From Lama guanicoe (Eukaryota): 64,000 nucleotides of DNA. Each line of letters begins with the position of its first letter. Within the stretch, counting starts at the first letter, position 1. The DNA lies in assembly GCA_013239625.1 (NCBI GenBank), contig MU055600.1, positions 8,806,738 through 8,870,737 on the forward strand, written 5' to 3'. The translations under genes and the position numbers were made by a program. The notes below the pieces were generated by a model. That model was not told where the DNA came from and did not search any database. It saw only the letters and a program-made list of their open reading frames with translations. Of this stretch, positions 35,701 through 48,450 are shown one piece after another.

Positions 35701-37449
35701 CTGGCTATACATTGACTTGAGTCAGGCTAATTATTGTCCTCAGTAAAGTTCACTTTCTTGTACATTTGCCTGAGCCTATTTTCAAGCGAAACTGTGGCTT
35801 CTGGCGCTGGATAGAATTATCCTTGGAGTCAGGTTAGTCAGCCTGCCTTGGCCTGAGGAATATTCTGGAATACATAGTCTTAAGTAGATCTAGCTTGAGT
35901 TCCTTCAAGGCATTAGAATTCTTCTAGTTTAAAACTTATTGTCCAAATGAATTCGACACCATTGGAATAGGGGCTCTTCCATTTTTCTCTAAGTCTGAAG
36001 TTATTCCAAAAGAAAACGTTTATTTAAAAATTTAGCTTTATGAGTTCTTCTCCCCCCCCCCAGTGCTTTTTGGGGCACTTGGTGGAGTGTTGGAGTCAGG
36101 TTTTACTTCTCTTGGGTTTGTATAGCAAAGACATTATGAAGTTGAAATTATTTCTGTGCTGTCCGAGGAGGAGGAGGAAGTTAACACCAAAAACCTTAGA
36201 TGGTTTCCAGCAAGGAATTCGTGTTAGGGGATATAATCGGGGTAACATGGCCCCCATCTCTTCCCATTCCCCACATCACATTTTGGGGACGATTTTGCTT
36301 CAGTTTAGGAATTTTTTTTTCCTCTACAGTCTGATTAACTCAAAACCATTAATTTGGGTAACAGTCATTGGCATACTGGCTAGGCAAGCAATCCCAGCAC
36401 TACAAGTAACAGCAGTCATTATTGTCTTACATTTAGAGGTTAGCTGTGCTTTTTCAAGCACGGTCCCACAATACAAAGGGGCTGGGGCTGCTCTGGATGG
36501 AACCTCCTTTCCTAAGGGGCCCTTTCTCATTCCTGAGGACCACACAGAGGAGATGGAGAGCCAGGGCCATCTATAGAGAAGCACACACAGGCTGCTCTTA
36601 GTAAGGGGTTAGCTGGCTGGGTGGGAGGTGGAAGGAGAGAATGAGGAGGAAGTATGATCCGGGTCAGTGTTTGCAGGCTGACCCGCAGAATCCCTTAGGA
36701 AACTGTCTGATTCAGAAGCTCTAGGACAAGGCGCGGGAATGTGTGGATGTTAAAGGGTCCGTAGTGATTACGCCGGCTGGCCGAGTTTAGGCAGCATAGA
36801 TATCAGTAAAGAATCAGAGGCCAGAAGGAAACCACAAGTTGTGCATTCAGGTAGCTGGATTCCAGGGGCCCTAAGCGATGGGCAACTGAGTGCTCAGAGA
36901 GCCTTCCCAGGGGAGCTCAGAGGGTGGGAGCTGGGACCTCTCTGCAGACACTGAGACAGAAGGGCCAGGACTACGACAGGGGCAGGATCGTCCCTGTGAC
37001 TGGAGGTAGGCGATGATGTGAGTGCTCTAGGCTATGGCTGGCGCCACGCTAAGCTAGAGAGGAATGTAGGCGGTTGGTGCCCGAACACCACTGGGTGAAT
37101 AGTTGTGGGTGGGTTTGGTTTCTCTTCAGATACCATGCGCTTCTCTGGCTTTTCTCGGAAGGCTATCACTGGTTCTGCTGGGACTTACTTCTGGGCCTGA
37201 GCCTTGGTTCTGGAAGCTCACGGCTGCCAGGCGCTCTGAGTTGTAGGAAGAGAGTATGGCAGGAGATGGTTGGTGCCAAGGCATCCCACGGACTTGCCCT
37301 CTTCTGGGCATATTTTCGTGAGGGAGGCAGCGTCTCCGCGCTGGTGCTGGGGAAGGCGTAGGGCCAGGCAGACGTCAGAGTCCCGCAGCCTCCTAGGCAG
37401 AACCACTGGGCCAGTGGGCAGCGGATGCAAAGGACAGCAGGTACAACAA

Positions 37450-38410
37450 CTGTTATTGAAGTATTTAAGTCACATAGACATATGTAGAACAACGCGACAC
37501 ACACATGAACTCACTCTCAAGCTTAAACAGTAAAACATTGCAAATAAAAGGGAAGCTCTCTCTACCCCTAACACAGGTTATAACACGTAAGGCATCTTCC
37601 TCTTTACAATCTAAGGTAACCAGGGTTCCGAATTCAACTTTCACCATTCCAAGGCCTGTCTTACACCTTTACTACTTTGGCGTGTATCCACAGACTCTAT
37701 TTATATGATTTTAAATCACATTTTAGCTTTTATGTAATTGTTGTCATGCTTTAAATATTGTTTTGATTGTCATGATTTAAATATTTGTTTCTATTTCTAT
37801 TTGTATAAACCTGGAGTATCCCTCTCCTACTTTACTTTTTTTAATTCACCATATATTTTTGAGACTTATGCGTGTTCACATATGTAGAGGAAGCCCTTCA
37901 ATTGAATTTTTCTTGTAGCACGAACACATCACAATGTATCCTTCGGTATTAAACACTGTGCTGCGTTCAGCACTCTTGCGTATATCCCTGCATCCTTATA
38001 CAATTGTTTCTCCAGAGATGGAGATTGATGGGTCAGGATGCAGGTGCATCTTCTAGACGTCGCTAAATTGGTCTTCAAGAGTTGCATCCATTTACACACC
38101 CACCGACGGTGTCTGAGAGTTCTCAGTGCTCCACCTCTTTGTCAATACTTGGTATTGTTTGTCTTCTTCATTTCTACCGGTCGAGTGTTTGGCTGGGGTT
38201 ATCTGATGATGGTTTTAATTTTCTTGATTACTACTGAGCTTGGACCACACAAGTTTTCTCTTCTGAGACCTTCTTATCCATATTCTATACTTATTTTTCC
38301 TTTGAGATTTTTCCCCTTTTTAAAATGTTGATTTCAAGGAGTCCTTTATGTTTTCTGGACATTAATTCTTGATGTTTAAATGCATTAAATATTCCCCTCA
38401 GACTGTGGCA
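37450..38410 (-). mobile_element. Ancient L1ME-type fragments
   Basis: ttattgaagtattt...tttttgagacttatgcgtgtt...ttacacacccaccgacggtgtctgagagttc...tgctccacctctttgtcaatacttggtattg. Confidence 0.7.
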
Positions 38411-38699
38411 TATTTGGGGGGCAGGGTCACCTTTTTGAAAGTAAAAGGTCAAGCAGAGGAACAAGGAAGCATGTACCACATTTTGGAAAATAGGAGATGT
38501 GGGCATGAGTTGCTGAGACCGGAAGGAAGGGAACAGAATGCAGCACTTATGATGTCTGAGACAGTGGCTCTGGCTGAACCTCACATGAGGCTGACGTTTT
38601 GAAGGAACCTGGTTTTTTTTTTTTTCGGTCTCTTGCCATGGGCTCAAGCAGCCCTGTCATCACAGAACCAAGTGTGAATCAAGGGATAAATAAATAACC

Positions 38700-39500
38700 C
38701 AGTTATTTTATTCAGCAAACGCTTAATGAACTCACACGGTGCGCCAGGCTGTGGACCAGGTTCCTAGTGATAGACACACGCTGTGTGCAGTGTGTCAAGA
38801 TCACACAGACCTTGACCTTCAGGAGCTCTCAGAATTGTCAGAGGGACCCACTTCTAAAGAAGCCATCGCGTGACAATGTGACAAGAGCCGTAACAGAGCT
38901 TAGTACGGGAGCCATGGATTTCTGCATTCATCTGTGAAGCGTTTCTTGAGCATCTATTATGGGGACCAGAGATACAGCAGAGCACAAGGGAGGCAAGATC
39001 TCTGCAAGCCTGTAGTTTAAAGGTGTGAGATGATCAGTCAGCAGTGTGCACATAAATCAGCCAATCAGTGCCCTACATAGGACATCATTAAATCAATAAG
39101 TTCATAAGCAAGAAAATTCAGGCAATGACACATCATGCTGGGCATCTTTTTCAAAGGATAACATGACGAAAAGTGTTGAAGCGTGGGTCTGCCTCAGCTG
39201 GGGTGGCCAGAGAAGAAACATCTGAGCTGCGATGTGTGTGATGAGCAGGGGGTGGTCATAGGAAATCTGGGGGGACACAGTCCACAGCCAGTGCTCGCCT
39301 GCAAGGCAAGAATAAACTTGGGGTTCACAAAGACACAGAAATCACAGAAAAGGGAGTCATGGAAGCTGTTGGCAGATGAGGTGGGGAGCTTTGAGGTTGT
39401 AGGCAAGTTTTGCAGAGGAGCTCCTATTTGGTAGAGTCTGGAAGGAAACAGAGAATAAGACAAAGAACATTCTGGCCGTAGGAAACAACGTGCACAGGGA
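38700..39500 (-). mobile_element. L2 fragments
   Basis: tattcagcaaacgcttaatga...gaccttcaggagctc, and cattcatctgtgaagcgtttcttgagcatcta...agatacagcagagcacaag. Confidence 0.65.
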
Positions 39501-39735
39501 TTAGGGGAGTAAATACGCTGTGCAAGTCCCGAGCGTCAGCATCGAAAGCCATTAACCTGTGCAGTCACGGAGTCAGGCGCAGGGTCCGACAGGCAGCCCT
39601 TCCTAGCGCTCAGGCTCAGCCCAACTGCCTGCACACGTGTGTCTCCTAGTCTAGCACCCTGGAACGCCCATGGGCTCCATCTTTAGGCAAAAACCATCAA
39701 GTGATCCAGCAAAGGGTGATTTTTTTTTCTCCTAG

Positions 39736-39780
39736 GTATGTAAATGTAACAGAATTCAGATTTTCATTTTTTAACGAGGG
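39736..39780 (+). other. Candidate recursive splice site with 45-nt RS-exon
   Basis: ttttttttttctcctag|GTATGT (3' splice site fused to a 5' splice site), with a second donor GGG|gtaaga at 39781. Confidence 0.25.
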
Positions 39781-41619
39781 GTAAGAGGGTTAGGTAGGGA
39801 TCATCTAAGGCAGGTTTCAGGCAGATTCCCATCACTGAAACCTACTTTGGCCTTGGTCGTTGCTGCTGGGTTCTTTAAATTTTCTTTGCCAGACAGTTTA
39901 TGTAGGTTTATAGATGATCCCATTGTTTGGGGCGAACAGCTGAATACAAATGGACCCGACTCCATCCTCCCAGAAAGCCAGGGAGGAGCAAGCAATGAGC
40001 CTTTAAATTATACCTCCCGGCCAATGATCCAGGTCTGCACAAAACTAATCCAGTGCCTACCACCTGAATGTCCACCGTGCCCAACTCAGTGACTCTCAGC
40101 GCCACTCACTGCAGGGGGTAGTTTTAAAGCACACGCAAGTTTTAGCAGTCTCTCCAGGCTTTAGAGACCCTTCTTTGCTTTTGAAAGAATAGAAATATTC
40201 ACTTGACCAAGTAAATGCTGCCTGGTGACAGGACATGTAGGAGATGGCATCCTCCCCGGAGACAGCTCTGGAAAATCTTCTCAGATCTGTCTCTATGGCT
40301 CTTTGTCCTCCTTAAATGACTCCAATCACTTGAATAGTCTCGGGCGATAAAAATAGTCACTGGGGGACTCAGAGACACCACACCTTTTCATCAGAACCTT
40401 TCCTGATTTGCACCGTCTTCACTTCCTCCTTTATCTGATTTCTGAAAGTTAGACGTTAGTTAAAAATATGGGTGTTATGGTTATTTGCAGCCCATACTGA
40501 CGCACTCCTGTTACTTAATTCTCATCTCAGGGAATGCAGAGCATTCCGGAGAAGGCACAGAGACCTGCAGTGGGTGCTGGATGATTATTTTCTCACTCAC
40601 CACAAAGCTCACAGAAACTTCACTAGGGGCCAGGAGACACTATTTCTCTAGAAGAAAGATGCTATCCATGTTTTCGCATCAGTGCATTTGGGTAACACTG
40701 TCAACCTAGGAAAGGAGCTTACATGGTGTATTGATTTCAGCAGCTGAATGGAAAGGGAACCCCTTTCCCCAGAAAGGGAGCGGGCTGCGGGTGGGTGGGG
40801 AGAAAGCTGTACTGTGCAAAGGTGTCTGTGAATCTCTGCATTTCTTCAGCCTCTGCTCTCTGAATCTTTCTCAGGGCTTGGTGAACAGCTACAAGTTCTG
40901 CAAGCTAATGCCTTGGGGCAAATTTGCTTTTTTTCCTAGAATGTCAAGTCATAAAAAATGACTATTTGGACTCTTACTTTTTTTTTTTTTTTTGGATCCT
41001 GTTATGTTTATCGTATGGCTTTGAGAAATGGATGTCATTGGAATGCCGCCGGGGAGAGGGCAGCAAGAAATACATGACAGAACCTAGGAATTTAGCAATT
41101 CATTTTCAGGATTGCTCCCTCATAATCTTAAACAGCTAGAAGTCTCTCTTGCTGTAAAGATCCAACGTGCTTTCAATTTAATTCAACACGTATTTAGGCA
41201 ATGCAGAACTCTTCCATGCGGTAGCAGCTCCTGTAACATACCGTATGGCTTCTGTAACTCACAGGGAGCAATTTCATGAAAGGAGTTGTAATAAGTCCCA
41301 AGTGTTAAAAAAATACAGAGAAACAGGCAAAACCCATAGACAAAATAACTAAATAATCCAGGTTGCAAGGTAATAAGAGGGAGAAGCTCAATATCCATCA
41401 GAATTTTCAGATGTAACCATCAAGAGAGAGGCAGCAACAGAATATAGGGAATATTTGAAAATGTACCAAGACCCAGCCCTTAGACTGAGGTCATCACCCT
41501 CGTCTGGAAAACACATGAACCCAAAACGAACTTCTGCTGAGGATGAACCCCTCCAATCAGCTGCCATTTGACTGGGTGACCTGGTCACTCAGGTGAACCA
41601 CTGAGGTCTCAGGGTGGAG

Positions 41620-41850
41620 TCCTGACAAGGCTGAAGCTAAAATTTCTGAGTAGGTTAGTACCAGATGTGGACAGTGTACGAATCTCCATCCTTCCATCTA
41701 TTGTTTGTATGATTTGGGATAAGTAAACTCCCTAACTTGCCACTTTTGCCAGTTAGGGATGCTTTCAATTCATACAATTACTACAGAACTTACCATCATT
41801 CCTGCTCAGCACCTCACCCATAGCCAGTGCTCACTAAATGCTAGCTTGCG
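41620..41850 (+). mobile_element. MIR SINE, decayed
   Basis: ttgtatgatttgggataagt...ctcagcacctcacccatagccagtgctcactaaatgctagct. Confidence 0.55.
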
Positions 41851-43177
41851 TTCTGAGACAGGAAGGCTGGTCACGATGGCCTCGACTATTGTTAAGCTCC
41901 GTCTTCCTTAGAGGAGGAAAGTCAGCTGGAACTCTGCATGAGAAACGTGCCTTTGTATCGCTTTCCCACAGAGCTGCTGTCACTGACAGCTCCTGGGCGT
42001 CTCCATCTCTCACCTGAATCTTTAATCCTACCAGCAATCACTGAATTTTTCCTCTGATCTTTGCTATAATGTTGGCTGCATTCCAAACCCACCTTTCCTA
42101 GTTTCATACAGTTTCTGACACAATTCCTTGCCCCCATCCATATCTTATTTCACATGGCTAACATTCCATGGGTCTACATCTAACTCCAGCGCCTGTACCT
42201 ATTCTGAAATCAGCCTGTCCTGACTTTGAGTACTAGCTATATTTACCACCAGTCCCCTGGCTGCTAGACCAGAGGACCCTTTCCCTTTGCCCTGCATCAG
42301 AATTACATGTCTGTTCAGTTCTTTCCCTCCCCAGTCCTCTTCCCCTTTTCATTTCCTGATTTGATTGATCTGAATAGATTTTTGGAATACTCTGTTTATC
42401 CACAAGAAGCAGCCAGGTGATTCTGTTGTAACCTGTCCACTGGCAAGTACTTAAGCAGCATCATTCTAGGTTGAAAATTGTCCAGAAGGTTGGAGAAATA
42501 CTATGAATGAGGATGCCAGGCCAGGAATGCACAGGGTCTGTTCAGGGTTGGGATTATCAAGAGTGGTTGATAAGATTTTTACTGGGAGTGCCACATGAGT
42601 TGTGTGTTTCACAGAGGTCCACATTATGAAGAAATTTATTGGACAGAGTGATGCAGTTAAACAGCCTTTGTGATCATTACCTACCATGCCTAGATCTGTC
42701 AGGCCTGGCTCTTGGAAATAATTCTCATGAAAGGTAACAACATCCAAAGATTGAGAGAATGTTAGAAAAGTCAGAGATAGTCCTAGTCGTGTTATCACTC
42801 AAAAATATGGATATTCATCCCTTTCATCCCCAAACTAGCACCATTTCTTATGTGTTTTAAAACTAGAATGCCACTCTGTAGTTTTGTGTCACTTTATATT
42901 CTAAAAAATAAATTAAATCAGTTACTATACTTAATATTTTATTTCACTCCATCTCCAAAGGAATTGAAAGTAGTCTATAATACTTCCCATTCTTTATATA
43001 ATTTTAATAGTAATAAAATGTTCATAATAAAACATTTATTCTGGGTATTGGAGAAGCACTGTTGAATGTTATTTATGCTCCTGCCTTCCCCAGTACACAC
43101 ACTTTAGACATGAGAAATATGAGACTCAAAGAATGGAATAACTTTACTAAAAGAACGTTGAGGTGGCAGGGGGCAGT

Positions 43178-44589
43178 TGGCATAAGCTTAGACAAATAGA
43201 TCGATGAAGTAGAATTGAAAATGCAGATAATAACTCACACATTTATGGTCAGTTGATTTTTGAAATAGTACCAAGACCTTTCAGTGGGAAAAGAAGAGTC
43301 TTTTCAAGAAATGATGTTGAGACAACTGGAGATCTACACACAAAAGAATGAAATGTGACCCCTACCTCGTATCTTATACAAACATTAATACAGAGTGGAT
43401 CAAAGCTGTAAATGTAAGAGCTAAAATTATAAACGTCATAGAAGAAAATGTAGATATATATCTTCCAAATCTTAGATTTGACGATTTCTTAAATATGGCA
43501 CCAAAAGCACAAGTAACAAAAGAACAGATACATAAATTAGACTTGATAAAAATGAAGAGATTTTGTGCTTTAAATAAAGGATACTATCAAGAAAGAAAAA
43601 AAAATAACCCACAGAATAGAAAAAAATATTTGCCTATCATATAGCTGATAATGGTCTAGTATCCAGAATATGTAACAACTCAACAAGAAAAAAGACAAAC
43701 AACCCAATTTGTTGAAATGGCGAAAGACAGGAATAGACATCTCTCTTATACTAACATATGTATACTTATCTCTGATATATTAATATGCATATGTTGGTAT
43801 ATTAGAAGATATAATAATAGCCAACAAGTACAGGAAAAGATGCTCTAAGTCATCAGTCATTAGATAAATGCAAATAAAAATTACAAAGAGATTTCACAGC
43901 CACTAAGATATCTATGATCAAAAACACTGAAGGTAACAAGTGTTAGTGAAGTAATGGAGAAATTAGAACCTTTGCATATTGTTGGTGGGAACGTAAAATG
44001 GTGTATTCACCGTAGAAGGAAGTCTGCTGGTTCCTCAAACACTTAAAAATGAAATCACCATATGGCATGGAAATTCTAGGAGATGTATAACTAAAGAATT
44101 AAAAACACATGTCCAAACCAAAACATGTACATGAATGTTCAAAGCAAAATGCTGAAATCATCACAATTGTCCATTAACTAATAACAGATAAAGTGCAGTA
44201 CATCCATACAATGGAATAGTATTCAGCCATAAAGAGGAATACAGGGCTGATAGAAGCTCCAACATGGGTAAACCTTTGAAACATCATGCTACATGATAGA
44301 AACCAGTTACAAAAGACAACATATTGTATGATTCTGTTTTTATGTGAGGTTCAGAATAGGCAAATGCATAAAGACAGAAAAGCAGGTTAGTGACTGCCAG
44401 GGGAAGAGGGGATGGGGCATGACTGCTTAATGAGTATGGGGTTTCTGTTGGAGGTGATGTTCTGGAATTATACAGTCTGGTTGGTTGCACAGCATTATGA
44501 ATATACCAAAAGCCATTCAATTGTGTACTTTAAAATGATTAAAAGGATGAATTTTATGTTATGTGAATTTTATCTCAATGGAAAAAAAA
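43178..44589 (+). mobile_element. L1MB-type element: ORF2 3' part and 3' UTR
   Basis: ORF 43348-43644 (DPYLVSYTNINTEWIKAVNVRAKIINVIEEN...KAQVTKEQIHKLDLIKMKRFC) is L1 ORF2. The 3' end gtgtactttaaaatg...gaattttatgttatgtgaattttatctcaat is followed by As. Confidence 0.9.
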
Positions 44590-45689
44590 CTCTCATGTTT
44601 CCTACTTCCATATCAGTGCCCCTTCCCCCAGCTCTATATTCAGTGATTTTTCTGAAACTGGAAAGCCCTTTAGCTATAGACCTGGTGACTTTCCATATAG
44701 CAGAAATGTTCTGCTTATCCCCTGAGCAGCTGCATGGGGTAACGGCAGTTTCAGTCCCGAACATAGGGCTGTATGTGAGCAGTGAACAGGGAGTTTTGTA
44801 GTTTTGCTAGTTTTGGAGAGAGAGAGTCCCAAGTTGGACACGAGGAACTGTGTCATCACTTCACAGAAAGGTCCTAATTAGAGGGCTACCTGTGGACCAG
44901 CACCTGCCAAAAAGCAAGAAAATTGTCATGGGGAAAAAAAATGGTAGACTCCACACCCTGGGGGCAATCCATGAATCGGTCTTGGGTCCTGATGCTGAGA
45001 GCCATCTGCTAAAAGGCAGCTGAAGAAGACTGCTACCGAAATGTGGAATTCAGTCTCCTTAGCTCTGGCGGCTGCAGGGTCCAGCTCTAACACTTCTGCT
45101 GCAGTTGAAATCCCAGCTTTAATTGTCAGATCATCAATTCCCGTTGACTACCTGCTGTTGCCTGGATCCCTGGGTGGTGAAAAGGAAAAACAGGGGGAGA
45201 CAAGTCATGGCTCAGAAGAAGGTTGATTGGCGGGGCCCTGTTGTGATACCTGACAGCCCACCTTTTATAAAGCCTTCTGGGCTTTAGGAGAGGGGCTGGA
45301 ATTTTGTGACGCACTCAGAGATGTTCCCTCTTGAAATAAACGCTTCCTAAACATTCCCTGGGGCTCCCATTACCTGGACGGGGACCATGACTCTGCAATT
45401 GCTTATGGGAGACGGAGCTCTGATGTGATGTGTGGGAGCTCATCTTTCGCATCTGAAGGACATGGTCTCCCTCCACCCATGCCCCAGCAGGACAAGCAGC
45501 CTGCTTCCTTCTTAGTCTTACAGCCCCAAAGGGATGCTCAGTGGTACACAGAAAGGAAACAGTAGACTCCTTTCCTGAAGACCACGGCCCCTCTCTTTCA
45601 TGGGAGTAAGAAAATGTCCTGTGTCCACCAAGTGCCCAGAATGGCGCAGTGTTCTTCTTAAATGTGTCAGCTAACTCAGTTTTCATAAC

Positions 45690-45860
45690 AGCTTCATGAG
45701 ATGCCCGCTGGTTTTTATCATTTCCAAGTTAAGATGCATATGGTCCAGCTCAGAGGAATAAAATTACTGGTCATTAAAAAAAAAAAAAAACTAACGGCTG
45801 GAACTAGAATTCTCATTTTTTTCCGATTCGAAAGGCCACATTTGTTCTACCTCACATTGG
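45690..45860 (-). mobile_element. MIR fragment
   Basis: cataacagcttcatgag...gctcagaggaataaaattac...gctggaactagaattc. Confidence 0.5.
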
Positions 45861-46265
45861 GAAAAGGGAAGAGACAGGTTGGCTGACTGGACATTCAGTC
45901 TGCCAGAAAAGTAAATGTCATTGGACTCTGAACATGAAACACTCTGTCCTTTCATTTCTGTCATAAAGGATTGTCTCTAAGCCCCCAAAGCACACATGTG
46001 AACCCTCTGAAACCTCAAGCAATTGGTCTCAATCTATCCTTTGGCATCAAAGAAGTGTCAGGGTCAGAGATAAAAATCATACTGCTTGCCTCTTGTGCAC
46101 CACCATCCAAAATGCCTCCCACCACCTGCAGCTCATGCCCAGGGCACGGTAAGACTCTTTAAGAAGAGGCCAAGGATTTAGCTATGGCTTCAGAGGTATG
46201 AAGTCATTTGCTTCCGACCACTTAGCAGCTCGTGCAACCCTGAAACACTTTGTTTGGTTTTAGAG

Positions 46266-46488
46266 CAGAGGTCAGCACACTACGGGTCAAGGGCAAAATC
46301 CAGTCCTTTGACCGCATTTTTGTAAATAAAGTTTTATTGGAACACAACCATGCCCATTCATTTACAGGTTGTCTGTAGCTGCTTATGCTGCAAGGCTGAG
46401 CTGAGTAGTTGCATCAGAGATTGTGTGGTCCACCAAGCCTAAAATATTTACTACTTGGTCTTTTACAGGGAAAAGTTTGCAAACCCTA
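46266..46488. mobile_element. MER58A hAT-Charlie transposon
   Basis: cagaggtcagcacactac...tttgtaaataaagttttattggaacacaaccatgcccattcattta...aagcctaaaatatttact...aaaagtttgcaaacccta. Partial 8-bp TSD ttttagag / ttttatgg. Confidence 0.9.
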
Positions 46489-46597
46489 TTTTATGGTTCA
46501 GGAGGGAGGGCGTTCTAGTACTTTCTCACTGCAACGTGTAATTCCTGGTGTCGATGGAAGTGAATTGTTCAGGGCTCAGCTAGCTGTGATGCCTCTG

Positions 46598-46820
46598 AGA
46601 GGCAGGGCGGTGGTCCAAAACATGGACTCCGGAAATCAGAAAACCCTGAGTTCAAACTGAAACAACTTTTTGACTGCACTCTTGGGGAAGTCACTCAACC
46701 ACTGAATTTGCTCATCTGTGAAGTACTCATAATAATTCTTACCTTGTAGGTTGTTTGGAGATTAGATTGGGACATCTGTAGAACCTAGCCTAGTGCGAGG
46801 CACAAGTGCCTCATTAAATG
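46598..46820 (+). mobile_element. MIR SINE
   Basis: catggactccggaaatcaga...ctgagttcaaa...cttggggaagtcactcaacc...ctcatctgtgaa...taggttgtttggagatta. Confidence 0.8.
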
Positions 46821-47317
46821 ATCTGATATGACTCTCAAAAGATTGTACCTCCACTTCACAAAGGCTTCGGCTAAACTGGCATTTTGAAGCTACGCACATT
46901 AGCCCCTGCTATCTCCGGGTTGTTCCAGGTGGCAGGTTGCTTTTTACATCTCAATGATGCGTGGCCTGATAATGATGGAGGCTGAGTGCCTTGAAGCTCT
47001 AAGAATGGAATGCTAAAGCAGAGTCATGTCAAAAAACTAGTAGAACTATCTCTTCTCCCCTTTCCTTCCTTTGTCTTTCATGTGCCAGAGACCTGTTATC
47101 CTGCAGGCGTCTCAACTTGCCCACTGTGATGAATAAAAAATGTACCAGGCAATTGCTAATTGCTGATCGCTCCCTCCCTATTGATCTCTCTCTTTGGCTC
47201 GACCATCTCAGGTTACTGAGTGACCCTTCTAGCTAATTACGACTGAGCTGGGTCAGGACAAAGAGGCCCTGTTTAAATATTTCTAGGGCAGAATGGCAGA
47301 GTGTCTGTCTGCAGGAA

Positions 47318-47347
47318 ACACACACACACTCACACACACACACACAC
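47318..47347 (+). repeat. (CA)n microsatellite, interrupted
   Basis: acacacacacactcacacacacacacacac. Shorter (CA/TG)n tracts lie at 10489-10505, 17855-17871 and 21192-21209. Confidence 0.9.
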
Positions 47348-47600
47348 CTCCACGCACACAAAATCAGTACAGTTGCATTTTTAGAGGCAAAGACCTTCAG
47401 GTTAAAATTTCACATCATATTTAAGCAAAAGAAGGGGAAAGATTTATCGGCAAAATGAATTGGGGTAAAACCTGAACCAACCCGTAATGGGAAGAAGGTA
47501 GCCCGTGGCGATGAAGGGCCCAGGATAGAGTCAGAAGTTGGATGTGAGAAACAAAGCTTCTTTTTTTTGATATGAACTTATGTCAAAAGATACTCTGCTA

Positions 47601-48088
47601 TGGATCAGTCAGGGTTTAATTTAAGCAGGAAGAGATTTATTAGGGGAAGTCAGTTCTTATACAGAATTTCTTGGAGGTTCACATCGCTAAGCTTGGGTGC
47701 TACCCAGCCACAAGCACTGCAGTCAGGAGAAATGGCCAACCTCTCGGTGAGACTGTCCCAGTTGGAATCCTAAGACTGTCACAGCAGTCCACTGGAAGCC
47801 ATTAGACTGCCAACAAGAAAATTGAACGTTCAATGTTTCTACAGAAAAAAAAAAACAACCGTCTCAACCATGTGCTTGTCAGAAGAGCCAGAAGGCCACT
47901 GCCTCACCGCGCCTCCTTCTGCCAAGTCCTGAGTCCTTCAGAGTCTTTGCTTGATGGAAGCCAAGAATCCTAACTGCAAGGGAGTCAGGGAAATTTAGAC
48001 CTTAGCTTCCCCAGCATTAGGTAAATTGGCGTGCCTGCTGCAAGGGAGTTGGAATAGAGTCTGTCAGTCAATCTATCATGTCTGTAAA
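47601..48088 (-). mobile_element. Ancient MaLR LTR (MLT1J/K-like)
   Basis: tggatcagtcaggg...taatttaagcaggaagagatttatt...cctaactgcaagggagtcagggaaat. Confidence 0.55.
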
Positions 48089-48239
48089 GCCTGAATTACA
48101 TTAAAGATTGCATTAAAAATTGCATGGGATGCTCAAACAGTCTTTTTCTTAATCCCTGGAGAATTCGTAATCCCTGGACATTCTTAGAAAGTTGAATCAA
48201 GAAGACCCTGCTTCCTTTTGTTAGGATGATTAGTTACCA

Positions 48240-48450
48240 CCCATTGGATGGACCGCTACTCTGTAACAGCACTGATACACACGCCATACTTCAGTGCTAT
48301 GACAGGCACAGGTCATACGTATTATTTATATCAACTGAGCTGTTGGAAAACGGAGGGCTAGACAATTTAAGTAACGTGTCCTGTTTACGCCACAGGTATG
48401 CTCGGTAATATGTCTGGACATCCAAGGTGTGCACTTTGATCGCTAGGCTG
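48240..48450 (-). mobile_element. MIR SINE
   Basis: ggaaaacggagggctagacaatttaagtaacgtgtcc...ccacagg...tctggacatccaaggtgtgcactt. Confidence 0.6.

Noticed and set aside
36040-36576. 178-aa ORF
   Set aside because: No recognisable family, no promoter or splice context, and a length compatible with chance in 64 kb.
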